Under the pieces are notes generated by a model. That model was not told the origin of the DNA, did no database searches, and saw nothing but the letters and a program-made list of their open reading frames with translations. Positions 49,868 through 63,795 of a stretch of 64,000 bases of DNA are shown here, one piece after another. This stretch comes from Geosiphon pyriformis uo1 (lineage: Eukaryota; Fungi; Glomeromycota). A program made the position numbers and the translations under genes. The stretch spans positions 1 to 64,000 of the forward strand of contig JAAOMT010000557.1 of assembly GCA_016748015.1 (NCBI GenBank), given 5' to 3'. Numbering within the stretch: position 1 is the first letter of the stretch; the number at the start of each line of letters is the position of its first letter.

Positions 49868-52800
49868 TTATAGTTGAAAGTCACTGTCTTCGTCTTCTGA
49901 ATCACTGATTCCTATCGCCGATTTTCTTTTCTTTTTGGATGTTTTCTTTGACCTACTTTCATTACCAATATTTCTTTTGCGCGCCCCTGTTTTAGACGTG
50001 GATTTAGCTTTGGATGATGAAACTAATTTTCGAACAACTCCTTTCCTTAAAGGATTTGTATTTGTCGCTCGAGTTGATATAGTATCTAAGGTCGAGGACG
50101 TTGAATAGTCGAAATCGTCATTATAACCATTGGGCGCTTTGTGATTAAGTTCTTCCGCTGTTTCCAAATCTGTCTCCCCAAATTCATCGTGTTGCGTGCC
50201 ATCTTCAGCCATTAACTTTTTGAACTGCGATATAATAAAGAATTTGATGTTATAATAAAGCAATTCTCAAGAACTGAGGGATATCCAATGAAAAAAAAGC
50301 TCATCACACTCACCAATTCGCACTGTTGGGTCACATCGTCTTCCGTAAGCATCGGGTGCTGCACAAAGGGCAAAATTTCCCATGATATTGTGGATGGGGC
50401 ATTCTGATGTCTTAACGCTGGTTTGTCTTTGTGAGATCCACTTTGTGCTGGATTAAAGTTCTGACATTTTCTGAATGTGAATTATATTTTATTAATCAGA
50501 GGGTTTTCGTTTTCTTAAATTGTTTGTCAGGAAATTAAGAAAATAGCTTACGCTTCACTCAAAGCATATACTTTTTTAAGGTGTTCTTTCAAATACATCA
50601 GTATTGCCATACATATTGAAACTTTGGCGGCGAATGCGCGTGGAAGTGTGTTTTCTATAAATAAAGTGATTCGAGTAATTATTTGGGTCAAAACCGAAAA
50701 ACTATCCTTTCATGAAATACCTGTCTCGATATGTCTTGATTTTGTACCCTGCTGCGACCCTTGATCATCAATTTCTTCCGAAAGTTGAGGAGCAAGAACA
50801 TCTTCTGTTGCCATAGGTGAAGCATAATCGCTATTTTCAGTTAGCCGGTCAATATCCATGAATAGATCGCTAGGAATGGCGGATTTTGTTATTTCCGGAT
50901 TGAAAGTATTATCGATAATTATTCGCACATTATCGGCAAAGATTTCATTCTTGATATTGAGCTTGGCGTCTACCCCTAGAGAAATTTTTGGGCCATCCTG
51001 TAGAGAATGCAGGACACTGATTGCAACAATCGACAGTAGACGATTTATGCAATATATGACTTGGAGCACTTCTTCAATCGTTTTATAATCAATTGTTGCT
51101 AAATTTTCTGCGACAAATCGGCAGAAATCCACGTCGACCTATCAATAAAAATGGAAAAAAGTCAATTAATCAAGTCTAAATTTCACAAGAGAGTCATTTC
51201 TTTTTTTGAAATTTACCTTAGACTCGTCACATTTTTTCAGATCAAAATCGAAGGTTCTCACAACGGATACTAAAAAATCATTTCGCCGCTGACGCTTCTC
51301 TTTCAGAAGAGAATACATTGGATTGAGAAGAGCCTCGGGTTGTCCTTCTGGAGACCGCGTGGCATACCCTATCACATAAAGAGGTGCTCAATAAATATAA
51401 ATCCAACTTATGTTTCGCGCCATTCTTGTGGAAGGCTTCTTACCCACAATCGCATTGTTCCCGACCAGTTGCTTTTGGAAGGAGTAAGCTTTTCTTACAC
51501 ATTCCACATGACGAGAATGAATTAAGGAGGCATGTTTCTCATTAAGATGTTGATGCAATTTGAATGCTTTATCACGTAACGCTGATTCTGGACTAGTCTC
51601 CAGGGCAACAATAGTAGGCATGCACTTGATGATGTGAAAATATTAAATTAGTTAAATTTACAAAGAAAATTTCGCATAAAAAAAGGGCTTGCTCACCAGA
51701 ACAGGATGAGCCAAGCCTTGTTGGATTATATTGCCTAAAACGTCAAGAGCGACAATTTTAAGATGTTGATTTTGATCGAATGTACAATTCAATATACGTT
51801 CGAGATAGCGTTGCATTAAGGAACTGCTGACGCTAATTAAGACAATAAATGTTGAATTCATTAGTCAATTTAATTTTTTTGCGTTGAAATTATTGGGTAA
51901 CATATATATATATATATATATATATATACCCAGCTTCAGCAAATTCCTCCGCATTTCCGATGAGAACTTTAAGATCCACAGGAGTGTTTGATTTTGTTTC
52001 TTAAGATGTGTAATAGGATTAATTATGGAGCACTCAAGAAAGATACAATAGTTGAAAGTGCCTTTTTACTTTTATCTTCCAAATCGGCATTGATTTTTTG
52101 CTGTTCAGCCAGAAGGAAGTCTAGGAAGACCTTTATCAACTGAATCTTCATATCCATCGCTCCATTGCTTAATATACGATCCATCAGATCGGTACTTTCA
52201 AGACGAAGCATCATAATTGGGTAAGAGAGGTATATAAAACCTAGAGAAGAAAATGCAGGCAAAATTCAGATAGGTTTAATCTTCGAAAAGTTCTTTAATA
52301 CTTACCGAGCCCTTGTAATGCCATTTTCTGTACGGTCTCCGATAAAGTTTCTTTGCAAAAGTACATGACCAAATCGAAAACTAGAGGGATTATCATTCCC
52401 TGGATCAAGAGAAAAAAATTAGAGCAGCTGGGTAAAATTAGAGCAGCTTTTTCTGCAGCCATTTTTAAGATAACTCGAGCCTTGGCTTTTTTCCTACTTG
52501 CATTTTAAGCAATTCATCAAAGGATAGTCGACATATGTCAAAACACGTACCTTATCAATTGTATTGAGCTCTTTCATTTCACCTATACATCGTATAAAAG
52601 AGATTCAATTAAAGCAATTTCGAAGGGTGATCACTCGCAACGAGATGGCATGGCATAACATACCAGGGTTTTCCAACCTTTTCTTGTCAAAATCAAAATT
52701 TTGACAAAGTAATCCAATGATCAATAACAAAACCATGACGTTGCGGGCCGACGATAAATTTTGAGAACTTTCGAAACTTTTCCTCTCCAATTTAAGTTTA

Positions 52801-55800
52801 TCTGTTAAAATCATGTTTGTTTTTTGGTTGAAATAAACCTTAGTACTCTCTACCTTGGAATCATAGATTTTAACAGAAAATACTCACCAAGGCATGAGCG
52901 TAAAAGTTTTATGAGGAGGACATAATTGTGTGTCAATTTGTCAGCAATGATGCAAAGGCATGGCACCACCTCCCGAAGAATCTGTTAAAACATAGAGATA
53001 AAAGGAATTAACAGTGAGGATTCAATAATTTCAAAAGAATTTCAGCCAAAGAAAATCGATAATTGAAGAAATGAAATGATCTTGCCTTTTGAGGACTTTT
53101 CGCAAGAAGACTTAATAGAGCAGCCTCTACCTCCGCCAGAAAGGCGGGATTAGGTCGTTTTATTAGAGGTAAAACGCTCCGATAGATCAAGAGAACGTAG
53201 TACATTATTGCCTGGTCCTCTGACTATATCAAAAGATGTGCGAATGAGCTTTCTCATAACACGAGGCTCGCTTTATAATGAAACCGTCTTACCGTACTGG
53301 CTCCTTTTAAGTATGGCTGAAGAGTCAAAACATGCCTCTTAACAAGTGAAGGGGATGCATTGCTCAACAAACATATGGTGCTAATACAACTGACGACTTC
53401 AGTCTTTTTTAAATTTATAGGAATATAGCAATTAATATTGTTACTTGTAGCAATTACTAAAACATATAAAACCAACCTTGGAATTCGCGTCTTGCAACGT
53501 AAGTAAATGCTCAAAAAGACAATCAACTATGCACTGACAAATATTCAGAATTTCTCGTTTTTGTTTGTTTTCCTTTTCTAAGATCTTGGAAAATATTGAT
53601 ATGAAAATCTTTGAAAAACTAGAATAACAGGTAGTCGTGAAATAATTTTCTTTACCTTTTTAAATAAGCCCCCGAGGATGTAGCCATTTCTTTCGCCTAA
53701 TTTACTAGAAACGCCGACAATTAAAAGACTTCTCGTTAAAACTTCTTTCTTTCCGGTTTGTGACATATTCAAGAACTCGCTTTGGCCCTCATCATCTTCA
53801 TCAAGATCTTCAATTTCAATGGTGACATTTCTCTGATAACTGAATGGAGTCAGCCATAATTCTTGAATAGTCTTTAGGGCCAATTCCTATATTACAAATA
53901 ATAATAATTTGAATGTTAAATAAGAAGTGCGTATCGTGGAAAAATGTACCTATTTGTTAATTGTGGGTACCTTGACATGATCATCGTCATCATTTATACG
54001 CAAGAGTATTTTGCAACCAATATCAATCATAATGGTTTGATCAGAACTTTTTAAATAAATATCTCTTAGCAATTTGATGACCCGTTTCCGAACATTAAGA
54101 CCCGTATCCTTTACAAGGTAATTAAGTTCGATAATCAACATTTGATCGGATATGAAAAATCTCAAGATTCTTATTCATTACCAATACACGATCGCTGATA
54201 ACTTTATAATACTGTTCAGTGATCTCAGGCTTTTGTGCCAGGTATCGACCAACAAGATCGATGGCGGCATCACGTACAGCAGGCGAATTATCTTGTAGTC
54301 TTTGGGCAATTGTATTGCGGACATTTACCTAAGTGAAGAAATATTTTCTCAAAAGAAAAGCCAAATATTTTAGTTTAAAAGATAATGTTAACTTACTTGG
54401 CTTAAAATGCTGGGATCGCATACAACAACCTGACCTAAAGCTCTTAGAGCTTTGGTTCGAAAAGCAACGACGCTCATATCCAAAGATGCCAAGATTCTCG
54501 AAAGGATCAAATCAAAACTTTGATAAAGAGCTTGTCTTGATGCGAGCAGCTCGGCGACCAGCAAAATTTCTGACCGTTCCGGAATTTGATACCTCGATAG
54601 ATCAATAAAGAATTTTATAATATTATCAACCTTTTCTTTGGTGTTCTTGGCTCAAAGGTAACAATGTAAAATTAAAGCAAACCTATACTCTAAAGTTTGT
54701 TTGCCACCATCTTCTGTTGACATTATCCAGTATTCTTGTACAATATGTTCTAGTAAATTTTTTACTTCCGTAAATCTCTCGTCCAATTTATTTTTTTGTT
54801 GTCTACTACCTAATGTCATTGGATCTTGGTCCATAGAGACCAGAGCATTGGCAAAGGAATAACCCCATTCTGACAAGTAGAAATGACGAGCAGACTAATA
54901 GTGGAATGGAAGGAAGCGATAAAATAATTAAAAGGTATTATAGAGGCACTATATATTGTCAGAACATTGCATGCCTGCAAACCCGGATCCTGAAATGCAC
55001 CAAGTTCCAAGAAGTCCAGAACTTTCTTTTGACAATTCCATAAGTTAGTGACAGTTGGGATACGAGAATGACCGGTAATCTAAGGTCACAAAAAGAATAA
55101 ATATTGAATTTTTGACAAGTTAGAATATAAGGTTGGATGTAAAAACCTCGCCCTTTGGAATATCTTTAATTTTGTCAACCAAGTCACGTGTATCTTTTTC
55201 GTCTTGGCCTTCTTCAAGATTTTCAGCAGGGAGCCCAGAATTGACATATTTCTTGATCCTTCCCGCGATGGTGCCCAAATAATCGATAGCCATGGATTTT
55301 GTGTAGGTATCAGCCTTTTTGTCATCTATATATCCCACCTATCCCCAAAGATTCCATTAATAAGAAAGGTCATGCTAATATGTGGGTACCAAAGCAATAT
55401 TAGATGGAAAAATTATACCATAATTTTGCTGAATATACGAACTACTAATTCAGCGGCCGGCCATTCGGGATAATTTAAAACCGTAATGATGTCTTCCATG
55501 AAATTGTCCAGGAGTAGCCGATAATCGGATTCGTTAGAATTTTTTATTAATTTTGTACATCTAACTCACGATAAAATTCAATGAGTTTGTGAAAAAAAGA
55601 AGACAAAATCCAGGAAAAAGTGCTGGGGATACCTTGCCAGTAAAAACTTGAATACATAATGTGCATTTGCACTAGCTGCGTCAATTCCTTTCTTCCAGGC
55701 ATGCCCAACCTAAAGAACAAATCATTATGTGAAGATTAGGTGGAATGCCTTGATACAGACGATAATGTTGATATTGGTAGAAAAGGATGGTCACCTTAAA

Positions 55801-55968
55801 GACATCGTCAGGAATATCTCCTTTGATGGAATCACTAACGCTTATTTCTTCTGTTCCATCCTCGGTAGATCTTGGTCTATGCTCATTAAGACCAGCTGTA
55901 CAGCTCTGAATGAGTTGTAAAATAAGGGCAGATACCATCTGAATCGATTTTCCATCGGGTAATCTGTA

Positions 55969-56034
<66 letters not shown>

Positions 56035-59000
56035 TAAGGGTCATGATATTGAAACAGAAGTCTTGATAATAAAAATTGTTTTTATTGGTGTTTAAGCTGC
56101 ATCACTCACCATTCTTACCTATATTGTCTCAAGTTACGCTTTGCGGTGGGTAATTTAATAAGGGAAGTTAATATTTCCTCTAATATCCATGTTCGTTGTT
56201 TCTGATGGTTCGTGAATATCTATAAATTGAGCCAACCTTTCCATGTTATTATCTTGATAACTTTATTAAACTAATTTACAGATATGTTTATAGAATTAAA
56301 TAAGTCGAACCGATCGTAAGAGCCCAAGAGCAACCAATTTCACGCCTTCTAAGCCTCCATTTCCCAAAATATACATGGCGCTACTATTCATTGAATCCAC
56401 AAAAAATGGCCCAACTGAAATAAAGCCGACCGTGATTACTACGCTGTCTGATAATTCTTCTTGTTGCATTAAATCGTATAATCTTTGCAAGAAATTTGTA
56501 ATCAGGGGAAGTATTCCTGCCAACTGTCTCTTGATTCGAGAGGTAAGAAAGTGTCAAGTTTTCTATATTGTATATTGAAGTCGGGCGTATTGAAAAAGAA
56601 TTTTACAAACAACAAAGGATATTTTTTGACTATCTCCCAGATCATCAAATCATTTTCATCTATTGCAATTCCCAAAATGAAAACAAAGTATCATTGTGAG
56701 GAATAAAACTTCAACAACTAATCAATCTTTTTAAATAAGCTACCCACTGCTTAAATCATCATTGTTCGGATTCATCTCCAGCAGTTTGTATACGATTCCG
56801 TTTAGTTGATTTTTGGCCAAATTGAGGCTTGAAACGATCAAATCTTCGGGATATAACTGAACTCATAAAAGATTAATGTATAAATTTATTCATTGAAGAA
56901 AGAACAAAGCAAATGCGAAAGAAGGACGTACCTGTTTGCTTAATTTACCACCAGTCATGATAGAAAGAGCACAGATGGCCGCTTCAATACCATTCACGAT
57001 TATCTCAATTTTTAACTCAACTTGTTGTATTTTAGTTTCATTGTCCATATTATCAACTTCTTCGAACCCAATGTTATCAACATTCATCAATTCTGTGTTT
57101 TTGTTCCCATATCGTGGCGTTAACGTACCGGATCGATCAACATCTCCTTTAGAATTTTGGCCAGAGGAATTTGGCAAAATATCCAAAGATTCCACCTCTC
57201 GTACTGATCTTTCTAAAATTTTCAATATTCTCATCAGATCTTCTACTTCGGCATCTTCTAATTTTCTGTATCGACCCACTTTGTTGACAAGCTTTACCAA
57301 TTGCTTTATCGCGTTGGTGGATAATAGAGGTTCATTTGAACCTATGGTTGAATAGGTGAAAAGAGAGGATAAATTTGATCTAGGAGCATCATCAGGCGAT
57401 ATCGAATCCTCGGCTTCAAATATTGTGCTGATAAAATTAACTAGCTTGTTTAGCGCACCTGGCCATAAGATTAAGAATAATGTTTGAGAGTTAAGCAAGT
57501 GTGAAATATAAAAGAAAAAAAAAAGAATACAATTAGGAAAAGTCTTACTTTCTCCCTCCCTTTCATTATCCTGATCTTTCTCTTTTTGCTTTTTTGAATC
57601 ATAGCTAGAGCGTCTTTTAACATAATTCGGAGAGGCACCCCATTCAGAATTTATCAATCGTGGTGACCGATATTCATTAAGAATTTCACGAGAGGGCATT
57701 TCAACGACCACTTCTGGTGATGATCTACGACGTTTCTCTTTCCAGGATAAACTCTGTGATATATCGGATTTTTCGTTGGAAGAAGAATCGCTGTCATCTT
57801 GGTAAATTTTATTAGGAGAAATTTGTGTGGTTTCTATGACTACCCTCGGAGATGCTGAACGTAAATCTGTCACCTTTGTAACTACATTTTGTGGTTGAGG
57901 TGAAACCATCCTTAAATCTTGATAACTATCCTTGGAACACTGAGTTTGGGGAGCTATTGAGCTGAGAGGAGCAGATTTAGAAGATGCAAGATCGATTGTT
58001 TGATTTTTGAGTATATTCTTTGGAGATGGGGGCTTTAAATCATGATATTCTACTGTTTTCTCAGAAGATGGTAAATAAGAATTTTGTAATATTGGAGGAA
58101 CCGAATTTTTGATTTGAATGTTTGAAGGGTATAAAATAGTTTCATGAGGAGCAACGGTTTGAAGTTTTGGTGAAGAAATTAAAGATTGGTCGTTAGAACC
58201 GGACATAGGAGGGGTATCGAAATCTCTTTGTCTATGGCGAATAGGAGTTTTTCCATCATAATCAACAGGGTCGGAATTGATATTCCATTGTCCAGTTTCT
58301 TGATACCCGGTTGATATCATCATTTCATGTGTGAATCTTTGCATTAAATCTTCTTGATCGCGCCGGTGATAAGCCCCTTGTTGCCTACTTGGAGGAGGTG
58401 ATGGCACGGGCACAGATGCTTGGGATATAGATTGTGAAACAGGTATCATAGTAGGAGCAGGATAAAAATTATGATGAGGATGATAAATGGTGGGCGAGGG
58501 AACAGCATTGCTTCTCGGATTTTGACCGAGATCCATAGCTTGGTTAAATGGACGTTTTTGTGGTATAAATTGTTGAAGTGGTGTGTTTGGATAGTCGAAT
58601 AAAAATGGAGGGATGGAGGTTGATGGAGTTTTGAATCGGCTAGTTAAAATAAGTACAAGAACAAAAAGATGATAGATTAGTTATCGTTAATTCAGGATGG
58701 TTGGTGATTACTATTTGAAGTGAGCCTATAAAGTTTTTAATTCAATTTTTTTTTCAGTCATGAAATGACGTTAGGATTGGAGCTGAATAGTTTTTAAATA
58801 CGCGTCTCTAGCTTAATAATTCGAGGCTTCCACTTACACGTAACTCACATCAACTTGATTTAATAGGCCACGTACAGCCTGTAACTGTTGTTGAAGGCCA
58901 ATATCAATCTGCGAAGAGTTTTGGTGCTCGACCATGGCAGCAATAGGCGCGTATTGAGGGTCACTTAAACTGCAAGTGGTGTAATCCCTGAACGCGACCG

Positions 59001-59255
59001 AAAGCGGAGGCAAAGTTCCAATCACTAGGTTACAAACAAAGGAAAGGGGAAAGTCTCTAGCAAATGATAACAAGGGAATATTTCTATCAAGGCGAAAATA
59101 GATTAAAAAAGTAAACAAATCAAACCCGCGGAAGCTGGGGTAAGTGAGGCCAAAGCAGTATACTGGAGAGCTGAGCGAACGTCAGTAGGTGTCAATATGA
59201 AATCGGAACCACTTCCTTCCCCATTGTACATTCCAGGAGCACAAGAGCCATTCAT
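49868..59255 (-). CDS. SCC2: Cohesin loader Scc2/Mis4/Nipped-B-like, many exons
   Basis: Start MNGSCAPG…[13 protein letters not shown], long S/P-rich region, HEAT motifs [76 protein letters not shown]|[10 protein letters not shown]; exons join in frame. Confidence 0.96.
55970..56033. repeat. Compound (GAT)n(AAT)n microsatellite in an SCC2 intron
   Basis: Directly visible; a (TA)n tract also fills 51902-51928 in another intron. Confidence 0.95.
56543..56622 (-). other. Putative AT-AC minor-spliceosome (U12) intron in SCC2, 80 nt
   Basis: 5' ATATCCTTTG, branch-like AACTTGAC ~11 nt before the terminal AC; excision restores frame (…[14 protein letters not shown]…), whereas read-through hits a stop. 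Confidence 0.8.
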
Positions 59256-59497
59256 TTGAGGAAAGGGTAAGTTAAAAAGTTCTTTTGAAACCTGACTGGA
59301 TTTAAAAACTAAAAAGTGAAAGATGGATTTTTATTGACATTTGTTTTCGAACCAATTTTGAAATTCCTTAAATTAACTAGGTAGCATTCTACAGTGAGAT
59401 GCTCATCTAATTTAATCAAATTGTATATCCCAAATACATGGTGTAGCTTCAGTCGATATTTGATATCAGCATGATGGCAAAAATTAAATATTTTTAA

Positions 59498-59498
<1 letters not shown>

Positions 59499-59559
<61 letters not shown>

Positions 59560-59598
59560 TCTTCTTCTTCTTCTTCTTCGTCTTCTTCTTCTTCTTCT
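59499..59598. repeat. Compound microsatellite (ATTATC)n(ATT)n(CTT)n
   Basis: Directly visible upstream of the SCC2 start codon. Confidence 0.95.
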
Positions 59599-59871
59599 TA
59601 TTTATATATAAAAAGTTTCAGAGAACATGACGCACTATTCGTTGCCAGCTAAAGGAAAAGCAAAGCAAATATTTAATCGTTATGAATAAAATATGTTAAA
59701 GCTCTCAGATGATAACGGATTAACGCGACATGTTCATAGAAATTTAGAACTCCTTCCAAATCTAGGCATTCTCGAATAAACGAGGAAGTTTAAACCTCAG
59801 ATTAGTATCACTAATTATTAATAAAACACAGATAAAAAAATAAAATGAGCAAAATAAGCGCATTTTTTTAC

Positions 59872-59872
<1 letters not shown>

Positions 59873-59956
<84 letters not shown>
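59873..59956. repeat. 84-nt poly(A) tract
   Basis: Directly visible; the length may be unreliable. Confidence 0.9.
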
Positions 59957-59957
<1 letters not shown>

Positions 59958-60905
59958 ACTTTTTAACATCACATTCATGTTTATTTATGACACTTAATGA
60001 TGTAATGTCTTTTTTAAAAATTGTATAATAAAATTTTATTATTATTATTATTATTATTATTATAAAAAAAATTTTATGGCAAAAATTTTTACTTTATAGT
60101 TTAAAAAAAAAAAATTTATATAATTTTATAATATGTTGATTAATATCAATACTTAATAGATTATGCATAATGATATACGCAATTGATAAGATGATACAAG
60201 AAATACCCAAAATTTTATTTTTAATTAAAAAAATCCTTAGTTATCGATTTGTTTTTAATTTATTTATTACATGATTTTTTTTTATTAATAAATTTTTATT
60301 GAAATTAAAATTTTGTTGTTTTGGTTTTAAAAAATATCATTGATAAGAAAAATTGGACATGATGTTAAAAACAAAAGTATGAATATAAATGTAAATATAA
60401 ATGTAAATATACATAAATAATATATATAATTTTATTATAATAAGTTTAATATTATAATATATATTTGTTATAATGAATTATATATATTAAAACAATTATT
60501 ATGTATTTATATTTTTATTAATTTTTAAGATTAATTAAATTTTGGTTTAATAATTAGTGTTATATTATAAAATTAAATTATTATAATTTTGTTTGAAAAA
60601 ATAATTAAAATATTATAAAAAATTTATCAATTATTTTTAAATAAGATATAATAAATGTTATTAAAAAATTTTAAATTGATTATATTTTTTATATTAAAGT
60701 TTTTAAATTTTATACTAAAAAATTATTTTTAATCAAGTTATTCATTTAAATTGATTATTTAAATATTATAAAAAAATAAAATTATCATAATATTTATATA
60801 ATAATTTATTTATGTTAACAAAATTAATATGTAATTTTTTTTTGATAAATATTAAAAATTATTGATTAACTATTTTTTGTATTTAATTTTGACTAAATTA
60901 ATACA

Positions 60906-60907
<2 letters not shown>

Positions 60908-60953
<46 letters not shown>

Positions 60954-61472
60954 GTTAGTTCATAATAATTATGTATTCATTATTAATTTGAATTAAAAAA
61001 AACTTTTAGTATAATAGTTTTTTATGTGACTTTGTTTGTGTGATAAAAAATATTATTTTGGGTAAACAAGTTGTTAATTTTTTTATGTTGAAAATGGTTC
61101 AAAATATATATATGAAACTTAAAAAAATTTTGGTTCATTCTTTTCAATAAGAAAAACTAATAAAAACAAATTTCTTTTTGCAATTTTCTTAGAATGATTA
61201 AAAAATGAAAATCATGAGAAAAAAATTATTCAAATCAAATATGGCTGGTCTATTTGTTCTATTTGAATTATAACAATGGGATTTTTTTGAAGTGCCTCGA
61301 GATCTTTTTTTTATATATATTAAATTTACATTATTGTCGCGTGCGTTATGTAGATCCTGAATGTCAAAAAAGCAAGATCAAGTTTTGCTGGTTATTCGAA
61401 AAATAGACGATCAAAAAAGACCGAAAAATAATACAAATTTTAAGAAATTCTAAAAAATCCCGAGCGCCTGCC

Positions 61473-61512
<40 letters not shown>

Positions 61513-62042
61513 CGCCTCTTATGACTATTATTTTGCATAAGAATATATTAAAATGACGAATATTTTTAAATTAATTTTGCAAAAAAAATAATTTACCTAA
61601 ACCATTCTTGGATTGCTATGAGGATTTAACTTTTTTTTCATTTCTCCAATCATCCTTCATAAAAAGAAAATGACACACCTCTTCACTTTTTGAAGTAATA
61701 TCTTTAATCATTCATCATATCCCTAGCAACAAATGATTTACTCTCTCATCTATCAATTACTAATTATTTTCACCGGGCAGCGGATCATCAAATAGTGGCA
61801 ATGATGTGTTAATGAATCATAATTTATCGTTTCTAAAACTCGTGTAATCCATCCGAAAAGGTTTTCTCACAATTAAAAAGAACGCAAAAAAGTGTCACAA
61901 AAAGCAATCTGCACTCCGATAAAAAATTGTCGTGAGTTCCCTTTCTTGGATTTGACAAACGAAAAGCCCGCTTTTGTTTGTTGAATTTTTTCATGTAAAC
62001 GTGTGAATGAGTGACCATTACTATTACAATTATTACTAGCAG

Positions 62043-62080
<38 letters not shown>

Positions 62081-63282
62081 TTACTACTACTACTATAAAA
62101 ATTTTATATTATTACGCACTTGAAATTCCGATTTTTTTTTCAATCATAAGCAATGGACGATCTGAATAAGTATCATCGCTTTTTAATCATTTGGCTATCA
62201 ATCGTTCATCAATAATAACAATTCCTCTTTTCCTCCCCCCCNNNNNNNNNNNNNNNNNNNNCCCCCCCCTTCTTTAAATGACTTAAAAACATACAATGTT
62301 GTGTTGTGTTATTATATAAAAAAAAATAATTCATATAACTGTTAATAAATTGTCATCCCTCAGAGGAAAACTTCATACGTAATTTTGGTATTACTACTAG
62401 CCCATTAAATAGATCATTTCTCATTAAACTCCTAGAATATGCGACGAAAATCTACTTCTCTCGTGGCTGTGCATTACTTTGCGTACTTACGTGTTTATTT
62501 TCCTTGCGTGGTTTGGGTTGCTGAATAAATAAAAACGAGAAAGGATAAAGATCGTGAATATTACCCAAATTTTTTTATCAATTACTTCTCAATCAATCAA
62601 ACTAACTCCCGCAGTCAAATCCCTTTACTTATTCTGACTTTGACATCATCTGTCCTCGTTACATTTTTATTGTCCGAACTAACAGCGGGACTTCTCCATC
62701 CACAAGCTGAAAAACCCCAACTGATATTCCCAGGGTGACTAAATTATCCTTCTTGAGAATGTTACTCGAATGCTAAATTACTATAGAAAGTTAGTTTTTA
62801 AAAATATATATATGATATTATAATTATTATTATTATCATATTTTGTTGATCATAGATTGGGTATTTTGTTGCTACGCATGAACCATGACCTTCGTTACTA
62901 AATACCTATTAATACTATACTGTCTTATAATAAAGTTTTGAATGGTCTCACAGTTTGTGATACCGACCCTCGAAACTTGTCTCGGCCATACATAGATACA
63001 TAAAACAATCAGGTCCGCCGTTGATATAATAGTTTTTTTATTAGTTATATTTTCTCCTTTCTCTTTTTTCCCCTCACACCTACCAATTATCTAGCCGCTC
63101 TCTCTTAACTTTCTCTCACTCTCACTCTCACTCTCACTCTCTCACCAAAAACTCTTCTACCTCTTAGTTATCTTCATCGATTACTAAACCTATAAATCCT
63201 CTTTTAAAAAATCTTAAGCTTTACTCTCTTCTCTTCTCTTGTTTGTTGTTGTTGTCCTCGTCATTATAGTCGTCGCAGTAGC

Positions 63283-63342
<60 letters not shown>

Positions 63343-63366
63343 CGTCGTCGTCGTTGTCGTTGTCGT
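60908..63366. repeat. Microsatellite cluster: (AAT)n ~60908-60950, (CTGT)n ~61472-61511, (ACT)n ~62044-62095, (CTCACT)n ~63115-63138, (GTA)n(GTC)n ~63270-63366
   Basis: Directly visible; the last tract explains the poly-T and poly-V ORFs. Confidence 0.9.
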
Positions 63367-63795
63367 CTCGTCGTTTTTTGTTATCAAATTCTTTCTATTG
63401 GCAAACCAACACCAACTTAAAAAGAAAAACAACTCAACCACCCCTACTTATAAGAATTCAACGTCAATAGTTATTAGCTCGGAATCTTTTTGACTGCGTC
63501 CGGGAAATTTATTTCGATATTATCAGACTTTTCTCCAAGGCGTATAACTCCCTTACTCTTACCGAGACTTTTGACTTCTAGTTAAAGTTTATTTGACTTT
63601 GACGCGATCAACTCAACTCCTAAATACTTTTCTCAGATTCTCACTTGAATTTACTTTTTGTTTATTGCGGACAAAGTTTCAAGTAATTCTTTTGACTCCA
63701 GCTTTCACCACTATTGTAACTATTTTATATCAAAGTTTAAAACAAACTTTTCATTATAAATCCTTCTACATATTCTTCTTAGCCGTCCTGTTACA

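Noticed and set aside
55562-55632. SCC2 intron starting GTATCCCC as a second U12 intron
   Set aside because: It deviates from RTATCCTT at +7/+8 and has no CCTTRAC-like branch point near the 3' end.
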